From NCBI GenBank assembly GCA_040751795.1, contig JBFMHR010000002.1, positions 288,001-352,000 on the forward strand: DNA of 64,000 nt, read 5' to 3'. Position 1 is the first letter of the stretch. Every line of letters begins with the position of its first letter. The notes below the pieces were generated by a model. That model saw only the letters and a program-made list of their open reading frames with translations. It was not told the origin of the DNA and searched no databases. The stretch comes from Thermoplasmatota archaeon. Its GTDB lineage: Archaea > Thermoplasmatota > Thermoplasmata > UBA10834. This document shows positions 39,121-49,514 of this stretch, piece by piece. Made by a program: the position numbers and the translations under genes.

Positions 39121-39762
39121 TCATATCGAGTGTCTCTGCTTCTTGAAGTAGTCCATCACTATCTTGCGCTGCCCCTTGCGCAGTATCTCGGAGAGGGTCG
39201 AGGGCGACACGTCGAACATCCTCGCCAGCTCCCTCAGGCTTATGCGCTTCGGGTAGTCGAAGTACCCCCTGTCGAAGGCCACCTGGGTGATCTTGTCCTG
39301 CCTCTCGGTGAGGGTCTCCTTGTCGTCTATCTTCGTGAGCTTCACGAGCTGGGCGTCCACGCTCTTCTCCTGGAGGTGGTCGAATATGTCCTTGAGGATC
39401 TTCTTCTCGCTCAGGATGATGGTCCACTCGACCTTCCCGTCGCTCTTCGACTGGGCGGATATCAGGAACACGTCGGAGTCGGTGAGTATCCTGCAGATGT
39501 CGCAGCGGGTGGTGGTTATGGCGCTCAGGACCTTCCCCTTCTCCGTGACGGTGGTATCGACCTTGGCCACGAGGGGGTTCTTCCTGATCGTCTCGAGCAC
39601 CTCGTCCATCTGGTCGGCCGGCGCCTGTATCTCGACGAGGTCCTTGACCCCCTTGTCCGAGTAGGGCATCCGGTCGATGACCTTGATGGTCGCCGGGTAC
39701 TTGGCCGAGACGTCGCTCATCCAGTTGTCGGGGATCTTGAGCGATAGAACTGCCTCCATCAT
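39121..39762 (-). CDS. Bat-like (HTH_10) transcriptional regulator
   Basis: LTERQ...A...GYFDYPK...ELA...S..T.SE.LRK C-terminal HTH. Confidence 0.9.
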   Translation of the reverse strand: MMEAVLSLKIPDNWMSDVSAKYPATIKVIDRMPYSDKGVKDLVEIQAPADQMDEVLETIRKNPLVAKVDTTVTEKGKVLSAITTTRCDICRILTDSDVFLISAQSKSDGKVEWTIILSEKKILKDIFDHLQEKSVDAQLVKLTKIDDKETLTERQDKITQVAFDRGYFDYPKRISLRELARMFDVSPSTLSEILRKGQRKIVMDYFKKQRHSI

Positions 39763-39914
39763 GAGCTCTCTAATCCTCCTGCGAGAAAGCCTCTACGCCC
39801 CTCTGTGGGTTGAAACGCCTCATGCGTATATCTAGTTTCACCACTGGGCTTCGAACCATTTTCAGTCTGGTGGCCGGTCACCTTATTAACGGCGGCGCCG
39901 ATTGAGACGTCCGG

Positions 39915-41228
39915 ATGGACCTCTCCCAGTTCTCCAGGTCATCGGCGATGGTCGACTCCTCGGCCATGTTCGACGAGATGATGTCCTCCGAGGGGGTGTC
40001 GGCGAGGTCATCGAGGTGCGCCTTCTGCAAGGGCTCCAAGATGCTCTGCGGGAAGGACAGGTGCCCCGTCCTCGCCAGGTTCTACTCGACCTCCAGGGTC
40101 AGGGCCATGACCGACCGCATGGACATGGACGGCGCCTCGCCCCCCAGCGTGTTCGTAGGCCAGTACGGGTACCCGAAGGTGTTCGTGGGGCCCATGATCC
40201 CGCCCTACCACGGGGACACCTCCCTGATGGACACCCCCGAGCGGTGGGTCGGGCTGCCCATAGACGACATCATAGAGTTCAGGTCCAGCATGGTCCGGGG
40301 GATGCACACCGTCGAGGTCACGGACGTCGAGGCGCCGGACAGGATCGTCGAGAGGACCAGGGAGCTGGCCCTCGCCAGGACGCCCCCCGAGGCCTTCGCC
40401 GAGTTCACCAAGAAGCCGGTCGGGAGGCTGACGGTCGACGGCGACGCGGAGCCCTTCGGCCCCTCGGCCCCGCTGCGCAAGTTCGACATATCCAACGTGA
40501 GGTTCGACCAGAGGCTGGAGAAGGCGTTCTACGACACCGACCTCCTCGCCAAGGACGCGGTCGTCTCCCTGTACGGCGGCGGGGCCCTCATCTCCGGCAT
40601 CCAGAGGGCGTTCAGCGTCGGCGCGTTCGGCGTCGGCCGTAGGAGGAGATTCGTCCCCACGAGGTGGAGCATCACCGCCGTGGACAGCCTCCTGGGCCTC
40701 CACATGCTGGAGACGACCAAGACCTTCCCCTCCATATCCGAGTACAGGGTGTACGAGACCGTGAGCCTGGACAACAGGTGGGCCATACTCATGATGCCCT
40801 CCACCTGGCGGTACGAGCTCATAGAGGCCTGGTACCCCAAGACCGCGTGGAACCCCCACAGCGACAGGATCGCCATCATGGGCGACCACGAGTTCTTCGA
40901 CGGGAGGACCACCTACGCCTCCATAGGCGGGTGCTACTACTCCGCGAGGATGGCCGTGAACGAGCTCCTCCAGAGGGAGAGGCGGCAGGCGGGGGTGTGC
41001 ATCATGAGGGAGTCGCACCCTGGCTACATCCTCCCCGTGGGCGTCTGGAACGTCAGGGAGAACGTGAGGGCGGCCCTCAGGACCAAGCCCTGGACCTTCA
41101 GGACCCTCCATGAGGCCCTCACCCACGTCTCCGGGGTGATGGACATCCCCATCTCGAGGTGGGTCAAGAACAGCGCCGTGCTCAAGGACGCCCTCTACCA
41201 GAGGCGCATAGACGACGGGTGGGCGTGA
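39915..41228 (+). CDS. nreA: Nre family DNA repair protein
   Basis: C..CKG...LCGK..CP, SPPSVFVG..GYPKV, PTRWSITAVD, GGCYY, C-terminal PIP-like QRRIDD. Confidence 0.92.
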   Translation: MDLSQFSRSSAMVDSSAMFDEMMSSEGVSARSSRCAFCKGSKMLCGKDRCPVLARFYSTSRVRAMTDRMDMDGASPPSVFVGQYGYPKVFVGPMIPPYHGDTSLMDTPERWVGLPIDDIIEFRSSMVRGMHTVEVTDVEAPDRIVERTRELALARTPPEAFAEFTKKPVGRLTVDGDAEPFGPSAPLRKFDISNVRFDQRLEKAFYDTDLLAKDAVVSLYGGGALISGIQRAFSVGAFGVGRRRRFVPTRWSITAVDSLLGLHMLETTKTFPSISEYRVYETVSLDNRWAILMMPSTWRYELIEAWYPKTAWNPHSDRIAIMGDHEFFDGRTTYASIGGCYYSARMAVNELLQRERRQAGVCIMRESHPGYILPVGVWNVRENVRAALRTKPWTFRTLHEALTHVSGVMDIPISRWVKNSAVLKDALYQRRIDDGWA

Positions 41229-42019
41229 GTATGGTCGCCCACGTGAAGTGCAAGGCGGCCCTCTCCCCCTCCAAGCTGCCCGGCCTCGACTGGGCCCTGA
41301 ACCCCTACAGGGGGTGCTCCCACGGCTGCCTCTACTGCTACGTCCAGGACGTCACGGGCTTCGCCCTTGACAGGCCCTGGGGCTCCGCCGTCGAGGCGAA
41401 GGTCAACATAGCCCACCAGCTCAAGGCGCAGCTGGAGAGGGGCGTGGAGGGCGTCGTGGGCGTCGGGACCGTGACGGACCCGTACCAGCCCGCGGAGCAG
41501 GGGCTGGAGCTCACGAGGAACTGCCTCGTCCTGCTGAAGCGGTACGACGTCCGCATCAGCGTCCTCACCAAGTCGGACCTGGTCCTCAGGGACCTGGACC
41601 TGCTGAGGGGATGGGAGGGCGCCGAGGTCGGCGTCTCCATAGGGTGCCCGGACGACACCGCCGCCGCGAGGGTCGAGCCGGGGGCGCCGTCCCCGGGCAG
41701 GCGGTTCGCAGCGCTGGCCAAGCTGACGGAGGCGGGAGTGGACGCCTACCTGATGGCCGCACCGATAGTGCCTTCGGTGTCCGGCTCCGACGGGATGCTC
41801 AGGGGGCTCGTCCAGAGGGCGTCCGAGGCAGGCATCCGCAGGATCATGTGGGACGGCCTGAACCCGAAGCCTGTCGCCTCGAAGAGGATGGTAGCCGCGC
41901 TGCCCGCGCTCGAGGCGGACCTAGAGGTCGCGAGGTCAGGGACATGGTCCTCCCGGGTGCGCATCCGGCTCGCCGAGGAGTGCAGGTCGAGGAGCCTCAC
42001 GCTGGTCGACGCCTTCTGA
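41225..42019 (+). CDS. Radical SAM protein (SPL/Rv2578c-like)
   Basis: NPYRGCSHGCLYCY, TDPYQP.E, LTKS; GTGA overlap with the nreA stop. Confidence 0.88.
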   Translation: MSMVAHVKCKAALSPSKLPGLDWALNPYRGCSHGCLYCYVQDVTGFALDRPWGSAVEAKVNIAHQLKAQLERGVEGVVGVGTVTDPYQPAEQGLELTRNCLVLLKRYDVRISVLTKSDLVLRDLDLLRGWEGAEVGVSIGCPDDTAAARVEPGAPSPGRRFAALAKLTEAGVDAYLMAAPIVPSVSGSDGMLRGLVQRASEAGIRRIMWDGLNPKPVASKRMVAALPALEADLEVARSGTWSSRVRIRLAEECRSRSLTLVDAF

Positions 42020-42087
42020 CGCTCGGGCGGAGTGCGCAATGATTATATAGAAGTCCTATCATATTCGGGGCCCGGAGGCATTGTGAA

Positions 42088-43740
42088 ATGATGGGCAACC
42101 AACCCATAATTGTACTCAAGGAAGGCACGGAGTCGACGAAGGGCAAGACCGCCCAGAGCAACAACATCATGGCGGCCAAGGCCGTCGCCGACGCCGTGAG
42201 GAGCACCCTCGGTCCGAAGGGCATGGACAAGATGCTCGTGGACAGCATGGGTGACATCGTCATCACGAACGACGGTGCGACGATCCTGAAGGAGCTGGAC
42301 ATCGAACACCCCGCGGCCAAGATGGTCGTCGAGATATCGAAGACGCAGGACAACGAGTGCGGCGACGGCACGACCTCCGCGGTCGTCATCGCCGGCGAGC
42401 TCCTGAAGAAGTCCGAGGCGCTCATAGACCAGAGCGTCCACCCGACCGTCATATCGAACGGGTTCAGGCTGGCGGCCGCCGAGGCCGTGAAGATACTGAA
42501 GGGCATCGGGATCGAGGTCAGCCCGACCGACAAGAAGTCCCTCAAGAAGGTCGCCATGACCGCCATGACCGGGAAGAGCGTCGGCGGGGAGCGCGACCTG
42601 CTCGCGGACATCGCGGTCGACGCGATATCGTCCATATCCGAGAAGCAGGACGGCAAGTACCTCGCCGACATAGACAACGTGCAGGTCGAGAAGAAGCACG
42701 GCGGCTCCGTCGCCGACACGAAGCTCATCAAGGGCATCATCCTGGACAAGGAGCGCACCCACCCGAGGATGCCTACGCTCGTGAAGGGCGCCAAGATAGC
42801 GCTCATCGACTCCGCCCTCGAGATCAAGAAGACCGAGGTCGAGGCGAAGATCCAGATCAGGGACCCGATGCAGATGCAGAGGTTCCTGGACGAGGAGGAG
42901 AAGACCCTCAAGGGCATGGTCGAGAAGGTCAAGAAGTCCGGCGCGAACGTCGTCATATGCGAGAAGGGCATAGACGACATGGCCCAGCACTACCTCGCGA
43001 AGGACGGCATATACGCCGTGCGCAGGGTCAAGAGGTCGGACATGGAGAAGCTCGCCAAGGCCACGGGCGGCAAGATCATAACGAACCTGGACGACCTCAA
43101 GGCGTCCGAGCTCGGCGCGGCCGAGGCGGTCGAGGAGCGGAAGATCTCCGACTCCGACATGACCTTCGTGACGGGCTGCAAGAACCCGAAGGCCGTGAGC
43201 ATACTGGTCAGGGGCGGCACCGAGCACGTCGTGGACGAGGTCGAGAGGGCCCTGCACGACGCGCTGAAGGTCGTCGCGGTCGCGGTCGAGGACGGCGTCG
43301 TAGTCCCGGGCGGGGGCGCGCCGGAGATGGAGGTCTCCCTCAGGCTCAGGGACTACGGACAGTCCGTGGGCGGCAGGGAGCAGCTCGCCATCGAGGCCTT
43401 CGCCGAGGCGCTGGAGATCATCCCGTGGACCCTCGCGGAGAACGCGGGCATGGACATGATCGACGTGCTCATCGAGCTCAAGAACTCGCACACGAAGAAG
43501 GCGGGCAAGAGCTTCGGCGTGAACGTCCTCGAGAACAGGGTCTCGGACATGCTGGACCAGAACGTCATCGAGCCGCTCAGGGTGAAGACCCAGGCCATCC
43601 AGTCCGCGACGGAGGTCGCGTCGATGGTCCTGAGGATCGACGACGTCATCGCCGCGAGGAAGCTCTCGCCGTCGGAGAAGATGCCTCCGGGCGGTGGCGG
43701 CGGGATGGGCGGCATGGGCGGAATGCCCGGCATGATGTGA
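42088..43740 (+). CDS. ths: Thermosome (group II chaperonin) subunit
   Basis: [21 protein letters not shown] and GGM tail. Confidence 0.98.
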   Translation: MMGNQPIIVLKEGTESTKGKTAQSNNIMAAKAVADAVRSTLGPKGMDKMLVDSMGDIVITNDGATILKELDIEHPAAKMVVEISKTQDNECGDGTTSAVVIAGELLKKSEALIDQSVHPTVISNGFRLAAAEAVKILKGIGIEVSPTDKKSLKKVAMTAMTGKSVGGERDLLADIAVDAISSISEKQDGKYLADIDNVQVEKKHGGSVADTKLIKGIILDKERTHPRMPTLVKGAKIALIDSALEIKKTEVEAKIQIRDPMQMQRFLDEEEKTLKGMVEKVKKSGANVVICEKGIDDMAQHYLAKDGIYAVRRVKRSDMEKLAKATGGKIITNLDDLKASELGAAEAVEERKISDSDMTFVTGCKNPKAVSILVRGGTEHVVDEVERALHDALKVVAVAVEDGVVVPGGGAPEMEVSLRLRDYGQSVGGREQLAIEAFAEALEIIPWTLAENAGMDMIDVLIELKNSHTKKAGKSFGVNVLENRVSDMLDQNVIEPLRVKTQAIQSATEVASMVLRIDDVIAARKLSPSEKMPPGGGGGMGGMGGMPGMM

Positions 43741-43770
43741 GCCGCAAACCCTTACCTTCAATCCTTTACG

Positions 43771-43810
43771 GGGGCGCGGCCGCGCCCCTGCAACCCCTTC
43801 CCACTTTTCT
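43771..43810 (+). terminator. Probable thermosome terminator
   Basis: Palindrome GGGGCGCGG/CCGCGCCCC (43771-43788) flanked by pyrimidine tracts. Confidence 0.55.
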
Positions 43811-43866
43811 CGGACGACACCTGCGGCAGCCCTCGCAAAGGTTCAGGTGACGCCCTCTCATCAGGG

Positions 43867-44463
43867 ATGCCGGGTAGTGGTACAGTGGAGGGAGTCGGGA
43901 CTTCGGATGGCGCGCTTTGGACAGGGCCATCATCGGCAGAAGTGCAGCGGAACGCAGAGGATGCCAAGGCGCTCAGGACGATGCTACTGATCATAGGCAT
44001 CATCATGCTGGTCGCCGGCCTGGCCACCTTGGCCCACGGGCTGGTCGATTTCTTCGAGTTCGTCGATTGGACTTCGTGGCCGATGGGCGACATTGAAAAG
44101 TTCATCGTCGCGCTGAGTGTCATAGATGTCGTGGACGGGACGGTGGGTGCGACCATGGGCCTGCTCCTGGTGATGCTCTCGTGGAGGCCCGCGGTCCTGT
44201 CCGTCAGAGCGCTCCTGTACCCCGCACTCGTCATCGGAGGGACATACATGGTGCTGTTCTGGGTGACAAGCCTCGCCTCGTCCATCGCCTACGTCGTGTA
44301 CCTCGGCGGACTTCGCGAACTGTCGCAATTCGTCACTCAACCTGCCTACCTGCTACCGGTGCTGGTGGGCGGGATAGTGCTCATCCGCGTGGGCATGCGG
44401 ACGTCTCCGAGGCCGCGGCAGGGCACGCAGGTGGTCCGCTCCCACCCCGGTTCGGGGCTGTAG
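43867..44463 (+). CDS. Hypothetical membrane protein (about 4 TM)
   Basis: Long hydrophobic ORF; start uncertain. Confidence 0.6.
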   Translation: MPGSGTVEGVGTSDGALWTGPSSAEVQRNAEDAKALRTMLLIIGIIMLVAGLATLAHGLVDFFEFVDWTSWPMGDIEKFIVALSVIDVVDGTVGATMGLLLVMLSWRPAVLSVRALLYPALVIGGTYMVLFWVTSLASSIAYVVYLGGLRELSQFVTQPAYLLPVLVGGIVLIRVGMRTSPRPRQGTQVVRSHPGSGL

Positions 44464-44532
44464 GCACATCGGGGCATCCATGAGGCGCGCGGAGCGAGAG
44501 ATTTTCCACCGGGAACCCCATTACGCCCTCGG

Positions 44533-45249
44533 GTGGCGGGCTTGACCAAGGTCATAGTCGTGAGCGGGAGCGTCAGGATGGAGGAGAGCGAGGGGGCGGT
44601 CATCCTCGCCCCTTTCATAGAGGGGATGAGGGCCGCGGGGGCCACGGTCGAGCTGGTCTACGTGAAGCGCCTCAAGATTGCCCCGTGCATGGGCGACTTC
44701 CAGTGCTGGGACGAGAAGCCGGGCGTGTGCCGGATCAAGGACGACATGCAGGCCCTCTACCCAAGGCTGAAGGCGGCGGACATACTGGTCCTGGCAACCC
44801 CCGTCTACATACCGTTGCCCGGGGAGATGCAGAACTTCATGAACAGGCTCTGCCCGCTGATAGACCCGTACCTCATCAGGAGGGGTCCGAGGACGAGGGC
44901 CAGGCCCAACAAGGACGTGACGATCAAGAGGATAGCCCTCGTCTCGACCTGCGGATGGTGGGAGATGGGGAACTTCGGCACGGTCGCGCGGATAGTGAGG
45001 GAGATCTCGAAGGACATCGGGATCGAGTTCGCCGGCGCGGTCCTGCGCCCCCATGCGAGCCTGATGAAGCGGGGCGGCATGAAGGCGGAGGACGTGCTCA
45101 GGGCCGCGAGGAGGGCGGGGGAGGAGCTCGTGAGGAAGGGCATGATGTCCGAGCGCGTCCTAGATGCGGTCGCGCAACCTCTGATGTCCGAGCAGGAGTT
45201 CAGGCACAGGAGCCACGAGCGTCACGCGAGGATCAGGGCCGAGCTCTGA
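44533..45249 (+). CDS. Iron-sulfur flavoprotein / NADPH-dependent FMN reductase family
   Basis: SGSVR, PCMGDFQCW...C.IKDDM, ATPVY. Confidence 0.88.
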   Translation: MAGLTKVIVVSGSVRMEESEGAVILAPFIEGMRAAGATVELVYVKRLKIAPCMGDFQCWDEKPGVCRIKDDMQALYPRLKAADILVLATPVYIPLPGEMQNFMNRLCPLIDPYLIRRGPRTRARPNKDVTIKRIALVSTCGWWEMGNFGTVARIVREISKDIGIEFAGAVLRPHASLMKRGGMKAEDVLRAARRAGEELVRKGMMSERVLDAVAQPLMSEQEFRHRSHERHARIRAEL

Positions 45250-45321
45250 GGGGATGCGGGGAGCGCGGCTGGGACGGGGCGCCCGTCATCGTTATCACCC
45301 CGTGTGCAGTATCCCCGTGTG

Positions 45322-45891
45322 ATGGTGAAGAAGAGATGTCCATGGGCGGAGTCGGACGACCCGCTGTACAGGGACTACCACGACAAGGAGTGGGGCGTCC
45401 CCTTGCACGACGACCGGCGGCTGTTCGAGCTCCTGGTGCTGGAGGGGGCCCAGGCGGGCCTGAGCTGGTCCACGGTCCTGCACAAGCGTGAGAACTACAG
45501 GCGGGCGTTCGCGGGCTTCGACCCGCGGAAGGTCGCCGCGTTCGACAGCAGGAAGGTGAGCAGACTGCTCGATGACCCCGGGATAATCCGCAACCGCCTG
45601 AAGATTGAGTCCGCGATATCCAACGCGAGGGCCTTCCTGGACGTCCAGAGGGAGTTCGGGGACTTCGATTCGTACGTCTGGTCGTTCGTGGGCGGCAAGC
45701 CCATCATCAACAGGCGGAAGAGCGCCCGTGAGATCCCGACCACCACCCCGGAGGCCGAGAGGATGAGCTCCGCGCTGGTCAAGAGGGGGTTCAGGTTCGT
45801 TGGTCCCACCATCTGCTACGCCTACATGCAATCCATGGGGATGGTCAACGACCATGTCGTCGACTGCTTCAGGCATTCGGAGCTCTCGTAG
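45322..45891 (+). CDS. tag: DNA-3-methyladenine glycosylase I
   Basis: RCPWA, YHDKEWG, LEGAQAGLSW, IIRNRLKI, NDH...C. Confidence 0.95.
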   Translation: MVKKRCPWAESDDPLYRDYHDKEWGVPLHDDRRLFELLVLEGAQAGLSWSTVLHKRENYRRAFAGFDPRKVAAFDSRKVSRLLDDPGIIRNRLKIESAISNARAFLDVQREFGDFDSYVWSFVGGKPIINRRKSAREIPTTTPEAERMSSALVKRGFRFVGPTICYAYMQSMGMVNDHVVDCFRHSELS

Positions 45892-46132
45892 AGCTGGGCG
45901 GAACCGCACTGCCCAGAGGCTTCCGTGGTGAAGAGAGCCGGATTCGGGCGGATCAGACTGACTGGCTCGCGGTCAAGGATTTCCGCCCAAGGAGAGTTCA
46001 TTGCCGAGGATACGAGAGATGGTCACCCCTCTTCCTTTCTCCGCTGGTGCGACTTCTTCGATGAATCGACTCCATGAATCTTCTTCAGGTCTAGTCATCC
46101 TCCTCCCCAATAGTCCCATCCTGTCTTTTGGG

Positions 46133-46594
46133 CTACGCCTTGCGTGGGAAGAACTTCCTGAACGGTAAGAGCAGGCCCACGAGACTCAAGATGCTAAACA
46201 ACACCAATGGTGGGAGCAATGAAGAGCGCGATTCGCTTGAATCAAGGGTCAGGCTGAGCGCTGCGAAACCTAAATAGAACGCTGGAACAAACCAGAAAGC
46301 ATACCACGCCCACCTTTCCGCCCGTCTATACGCAGTCGCGGAGATCACTGTGAGAAGGAAGGCGAAGCCAAGGTCAGACAGGCCTCCACTTCTAAAGTAG
46401 AAATCATACAGGGCGAAAAACATCGGATCCGACTCTTTCAGATCGTCTATTGATATGCCGGCAATACTCTCTACCAAAGCAGGGTCTGTGTTGTAACCCA
46501 ATGCATGGGGCACCGCAGATACTAGGATGATTGCCCCTAGAGCGGAGAAGATTATCCATGCATACTTCTCATAGATTTTCTCTTTGATTTCCAT
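46133..46594 (-). CDS. Hypothetical membrane protein (lower GC)
   Basis: About 4 TM; AGGAGG RBS upstream; A/T-ending codons unlike the host genes. Confidence 0.75.
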   Translation of the reverse strand: MEIKEKIYEKYAWIIFSALGAIILVSAVPHALGYNTDPALVESIAGISIDDLKESDPMFFALYDFYFRSGGLSDLGFAFLLTVISATAYRRAERWAWYAFWFVPAFYLGFAALSLTLDSSESRSSLLPPLVLFSILSLVGLLLPFRKFFPRKA

Positions 46595-46827
46595 CTTCCA
46601 ACCTCCTTGTCATAAGTGATTTCGAGCTGAACTCAGGGAAGAAAAAACTCGAGGATTCGAACCCTCTTCAAATCGTCGGTTCCGCTTTGCTCTGAAGATG
46701 GAATCGCCTTATCCTTCATATGGTCTTCTCATGTGGAAGAGCGTCCTTTTGCTGTTGAGACTTAACGTTTATTCGATGGAACGACCTTGATTCAGTCACG
46801 GCGAAGAAGAGCGAGCGCCCCAAGTAA

Positions 46828-46840
46828 GGGGGGGGGGGGG
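46828..46840. repeat. G13 homopolymer
   Basis: 13 consecutive G directly upstream of the flavodoxin core. Confidence 0.9.
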
Positions 46841-46846
46841 AGAAGG

Positions 46847-47326
46847 ACGGCAACCAAGTCTCTACTGATCGTGCGTTCATATCATCACGGGAGTACTGAA
46901 AAGGTCGCCAAGGTTCTTGCCAGAGTCCTTGATGCACAGATACAGACGCCCGCGCAGATACGCCCTGAGGAGCTTCAAGAGTACACTATCATCGGCTTTG
47001 GCTCAGGGATCTATGATGCCAGACACCATCTAGATCTGCTTGACCTCGCAGACAGGCTCCCCCCAGTCGACAACAAGAAGGCGTTCATCTTCTCAACGAG
47101 TTCCATGGTCAATGAAGACAAAGTCGCGGAAGACCACTCTGCGCTGAGGGAGAAACTGCGATTGAAAGGGTACAAGATCGTTGATGAGTTCAGCTGCCGA
47201 GGTTTCAACACGAACAGCTTCCTGAGGCACTTTGGGGGTATGAACAAGGGGAGACCCAATGCTGAAGATCTCAAGCATGCGGAAGAGTTTGCTGTGAATC
47301 TGAAGCAGAGCATGGGCGCCACGTAG
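46847..47326 (+). CDS. Flavodoxin family protein (start uncertain: ACG 46847 or TTG 46787)
   Basis: SYHHGSTEKVA, GFGSGIY, FIFSTS, FSCRG...GGMNKGRP. Confidence 0.85.
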   Translation, partial: TATKSLLIVRSYHHGSTEKVAKVLARVLDAQIQTPAQIRPEELQEYTIIGFGSGIYDARHHLDLLDLADRLPPVDNKKAFIFSTSSMVNEDKVAEDHSALREKLRLKGYKIVDEFSCRGFNTNSFLRHFGGMNKGRPNAEDLKHAEEFAVNLKQSMGAT

Positions 47327-47426
47327 CTAGTCTCGAACATGAGAGATGCGATGCTGCGGAAGAGAGGCTATCGACTTTGAACTCTGAACACTGGCAACAT
47401 CGCCATTCCGCGGCCTTCGATTCCCC

Positions 47427-48422
47427 CTACCTCCGCCTCAGCTTCGGGTTGAAGATCTCGTCCAGGGCGTAGCCTATGAACGTGAACGCGAGCACGACGA
47501 GGACGATGCACAGCCCGGGCACGACTATCCAGACGTACTGCTCGTTGTAGATGGCGTTCTTCGTGTACGCGTCGTACAGTATGTTCCCCCACGTCACGAC
47601 CTTCGTCGGGGGCGGCCCCAGCGCGATGAAGCTCAGCGTGCTCTCCGACAGGATCGACAGCGCCACGGTGAGGATGGAGTTCGCGAACACCAGGGGGAAC
47701 ACGTTCGGGAAGATGTGCCTCGTGATTATGTGCCTGTCCGAGGCCCCGATCGAGCGCGCCCTCTCTATGAAAGCCCGCTCCTTGAGCGAGAGCACCTGCG
47801 CCCGGACGATCCTCGCCGTGCTGGACCAGCCCGTGATGCCTATGACGAACACGACCTTCATGATGCTCGGCCCCCCGGGCAGAAGGGTCGCGAGCACTAT
47901 CATGAGCACCAGCCAAGGCAGGACGAGGAAGACGTCCGTCACCCGCATCAGCACCTCGTCCTTCCAGCCCCCCCAGTATCCGCTGAATAGGCCGACGAGG
48001 GTCCCCAGCCCCATGGAGACCACCGTCGCGACGAGCCCGATCACCAGCGACACCCTCGTCCCGTAGACGGTCCTGCTCAGTATGTCCCTCTGGAGCTGGT
48101 CCGTGCCCATCCAGTGCTCCCAGGACGGGTCCTGGAGGACGCCGTCGTCGGTCGAGGCGAACGGGTCGTAGACCTCCTGCCACGGGTGGCCGGCCGCATC
48201 GGACATCAGCCCGAACAGCGCCACGAACTGGGGGGCGAACACGGCCATCACCACGAAGAAGAGGAGCATCACGAGCCCGGCCATCCCTAGGACGTTTCCC
48301 CTGAAGATCCTCCAGACCCCGAGGGACTTCTTCTCCGCGAGCCTGATCCTCTCCCTGGCGGGCTCGGACAGCGGCAGTCTGTCCAGGAACCCGGTGCGGC
48401 TCTTGCCGAGAGGGGAAGCCAT
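47427..48422 (-). CDS. Peptide ABC transporter permease (DppC/OppC-like)
   Basis: GTDQLQRD..SR..YG.RVSL, EAA-like loop, LSFI.LG, FNPK. Confidence 0.93.
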   Translation of the reverse strand: MASPLGKSRTGFLDRLPLSEPARERIRLAEKKSLGVWRIFRGNVLGMAGLVMLLFFVVMAVFAPQFVALFGLMSDAAGHPWQEVYDPFASTDDGVLQDPSWEHWMGTDQLQRDILSRTVYGTRVSLVIGLVATVVSMGLGTLVGLFSGYWGGWKDEVLMRVTDVFLVLPWLVLMIVLATLLPGGPSIMKVVFVIGITGWSSTARIVRAQVLSLKERAFIERARSIGASDRHIITRHIFPNVFPLVFANSILTVALSILSESTLSFIALGPPPTKVVTWGNILYDAYTKNAIYNEQYVWIVVPGLCIVLVVLAFTFIGYALDEIFNPKLRRR

Positions 48423-48428
48423 GTCATC

Positions 48429-49424
48429 TCACCCCATCTTGACCCTCGGGTCAAGGTAGATCAACATCAGGTCCGCGAGGAGGTTGGCTATGATGACCGC
48501 GATGGCGATGATGAGGAAGGCGGCCTGCAGGAAGGGGTAGTCCTTCTGGTAGGTCGCCTGGACGGTGGCCCAGCCTATGCCCTTGTAGTTGAACACGATC
48601 TCCGTCTGGAACGCGCCGCCGACCACGAACGCCATGTCCATGGCGATGAGCGTCACCATGGGGAGCATCGCGTTCGGGACGGCGTGGTCCTTGAGCACCA
48701 TCGCCTCGGTGAGGCCCTTGGCCCTGGCGGTGGTGATGTACTCCTCGGTCATGACGTCGATGAGCGACCCCCTCATGATGATGGAGAACGCCGCGATGCT
48801 GCCTATGGTCAGGCTAGCCGCCGGCAGCACCAGGTGGTACAGGAGCGAGGAGAGGGTGTCGAACGTGAAGGGGGTGAGCTGGTCCCCTATCGGGAGCTGT
48901 CCGCCCTCCGGGAACCAGTTGAGCTCGAGGGCGAATATGACTATGAGCATCATGCTGAACCAGAACGTGGGCATCGCGTAGAAGAAGAGGGAGAACGCCA
49001 GCGAACCCGTGTCGAACAGGCCCCCGTGCTTCCACGCGGCGATTATCCCGATGAACATGCCGACGGCGATCATGAGCACGGACGAGGTCCCGACGAGTAT
49101 GAGCGTCCAAGTGAGCTCGTCCATTATGATGTCCATCACCGGCTCGTGGTAGTGGAACGAGTCCCCGAACTCGAGCATGAAGGTGTTCTTCAGGTAGGTG
49201 AAGAACTGAACGTACATGGGCTGGTCCAGGCCGAACTTCTCGATCTGGCTGTCTATGTACTCCTGGCTGATGCTCGGGTCCTGCGGTATGAGCATCCTGA
49301 TGGGGTTCCCGGGCATCACCCTGAATAGGAAGAAGTTGAGTATGAGGACGAGGAAGAGCGTCACGAGCGCGTTGACGCCCCTCCTCCCCATGATGCGCGC
49401 TATGCTCCTTGCCGTTGCCGTCAC
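48429..49424 (-). CDS. Peptide ABC transporter permease (DppB/OppB-like)
   Basis: PGNP, GLDQP, YITTARAKGL, DYP, LDPR. Confidence 0.93.
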   Translation of the reverse strand: MTATARSIARIMGRRGVNALVTLFLVLILNFFLFRVMPGNPIRMLIPQDPSISQEYIDSQIEKFGLDQPMYVQFFTYLKNTFMLEFGDSFHYHEPVMDIIMDELTWTLILVGTSSVLMIAVGMFIGIIAAWKHGGLFDTGSLAFSLFFYAMPTFWFSMMLIVIFALELNWFPEGGQLPIGDQLTPFTFDTLSSLLYHLVLPAASLTIGSIAAFSIIMRGSLIDVMTEEYITTARAKGLTEAMVLKDHAVPNAMLPMVTLIAMDMAFVVGGAFQTEIVFNYKGIGWATVQATYQKDYPFLQAAFLIIAIAVIIANLLADLMLIYLDPRVKMG

Positions 49425-49514
49425 CCCTGGTGGCCGCGGGCCGCGGCCGTCGGTCCCTGTCTGGCTCGCGTCGGTGAAAGGGCTGAAGGTGTTTGATGGG
49501 GTTTGGTGCCGCCC

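Noticed and set aside
43867-45249. In-frame TAG between the membrane protein and the flavoprotein (possible read-through)
   Set aside because: Unrelated proteins with a 69-nt gap; a shared open frame is likely by chance at this GC content.
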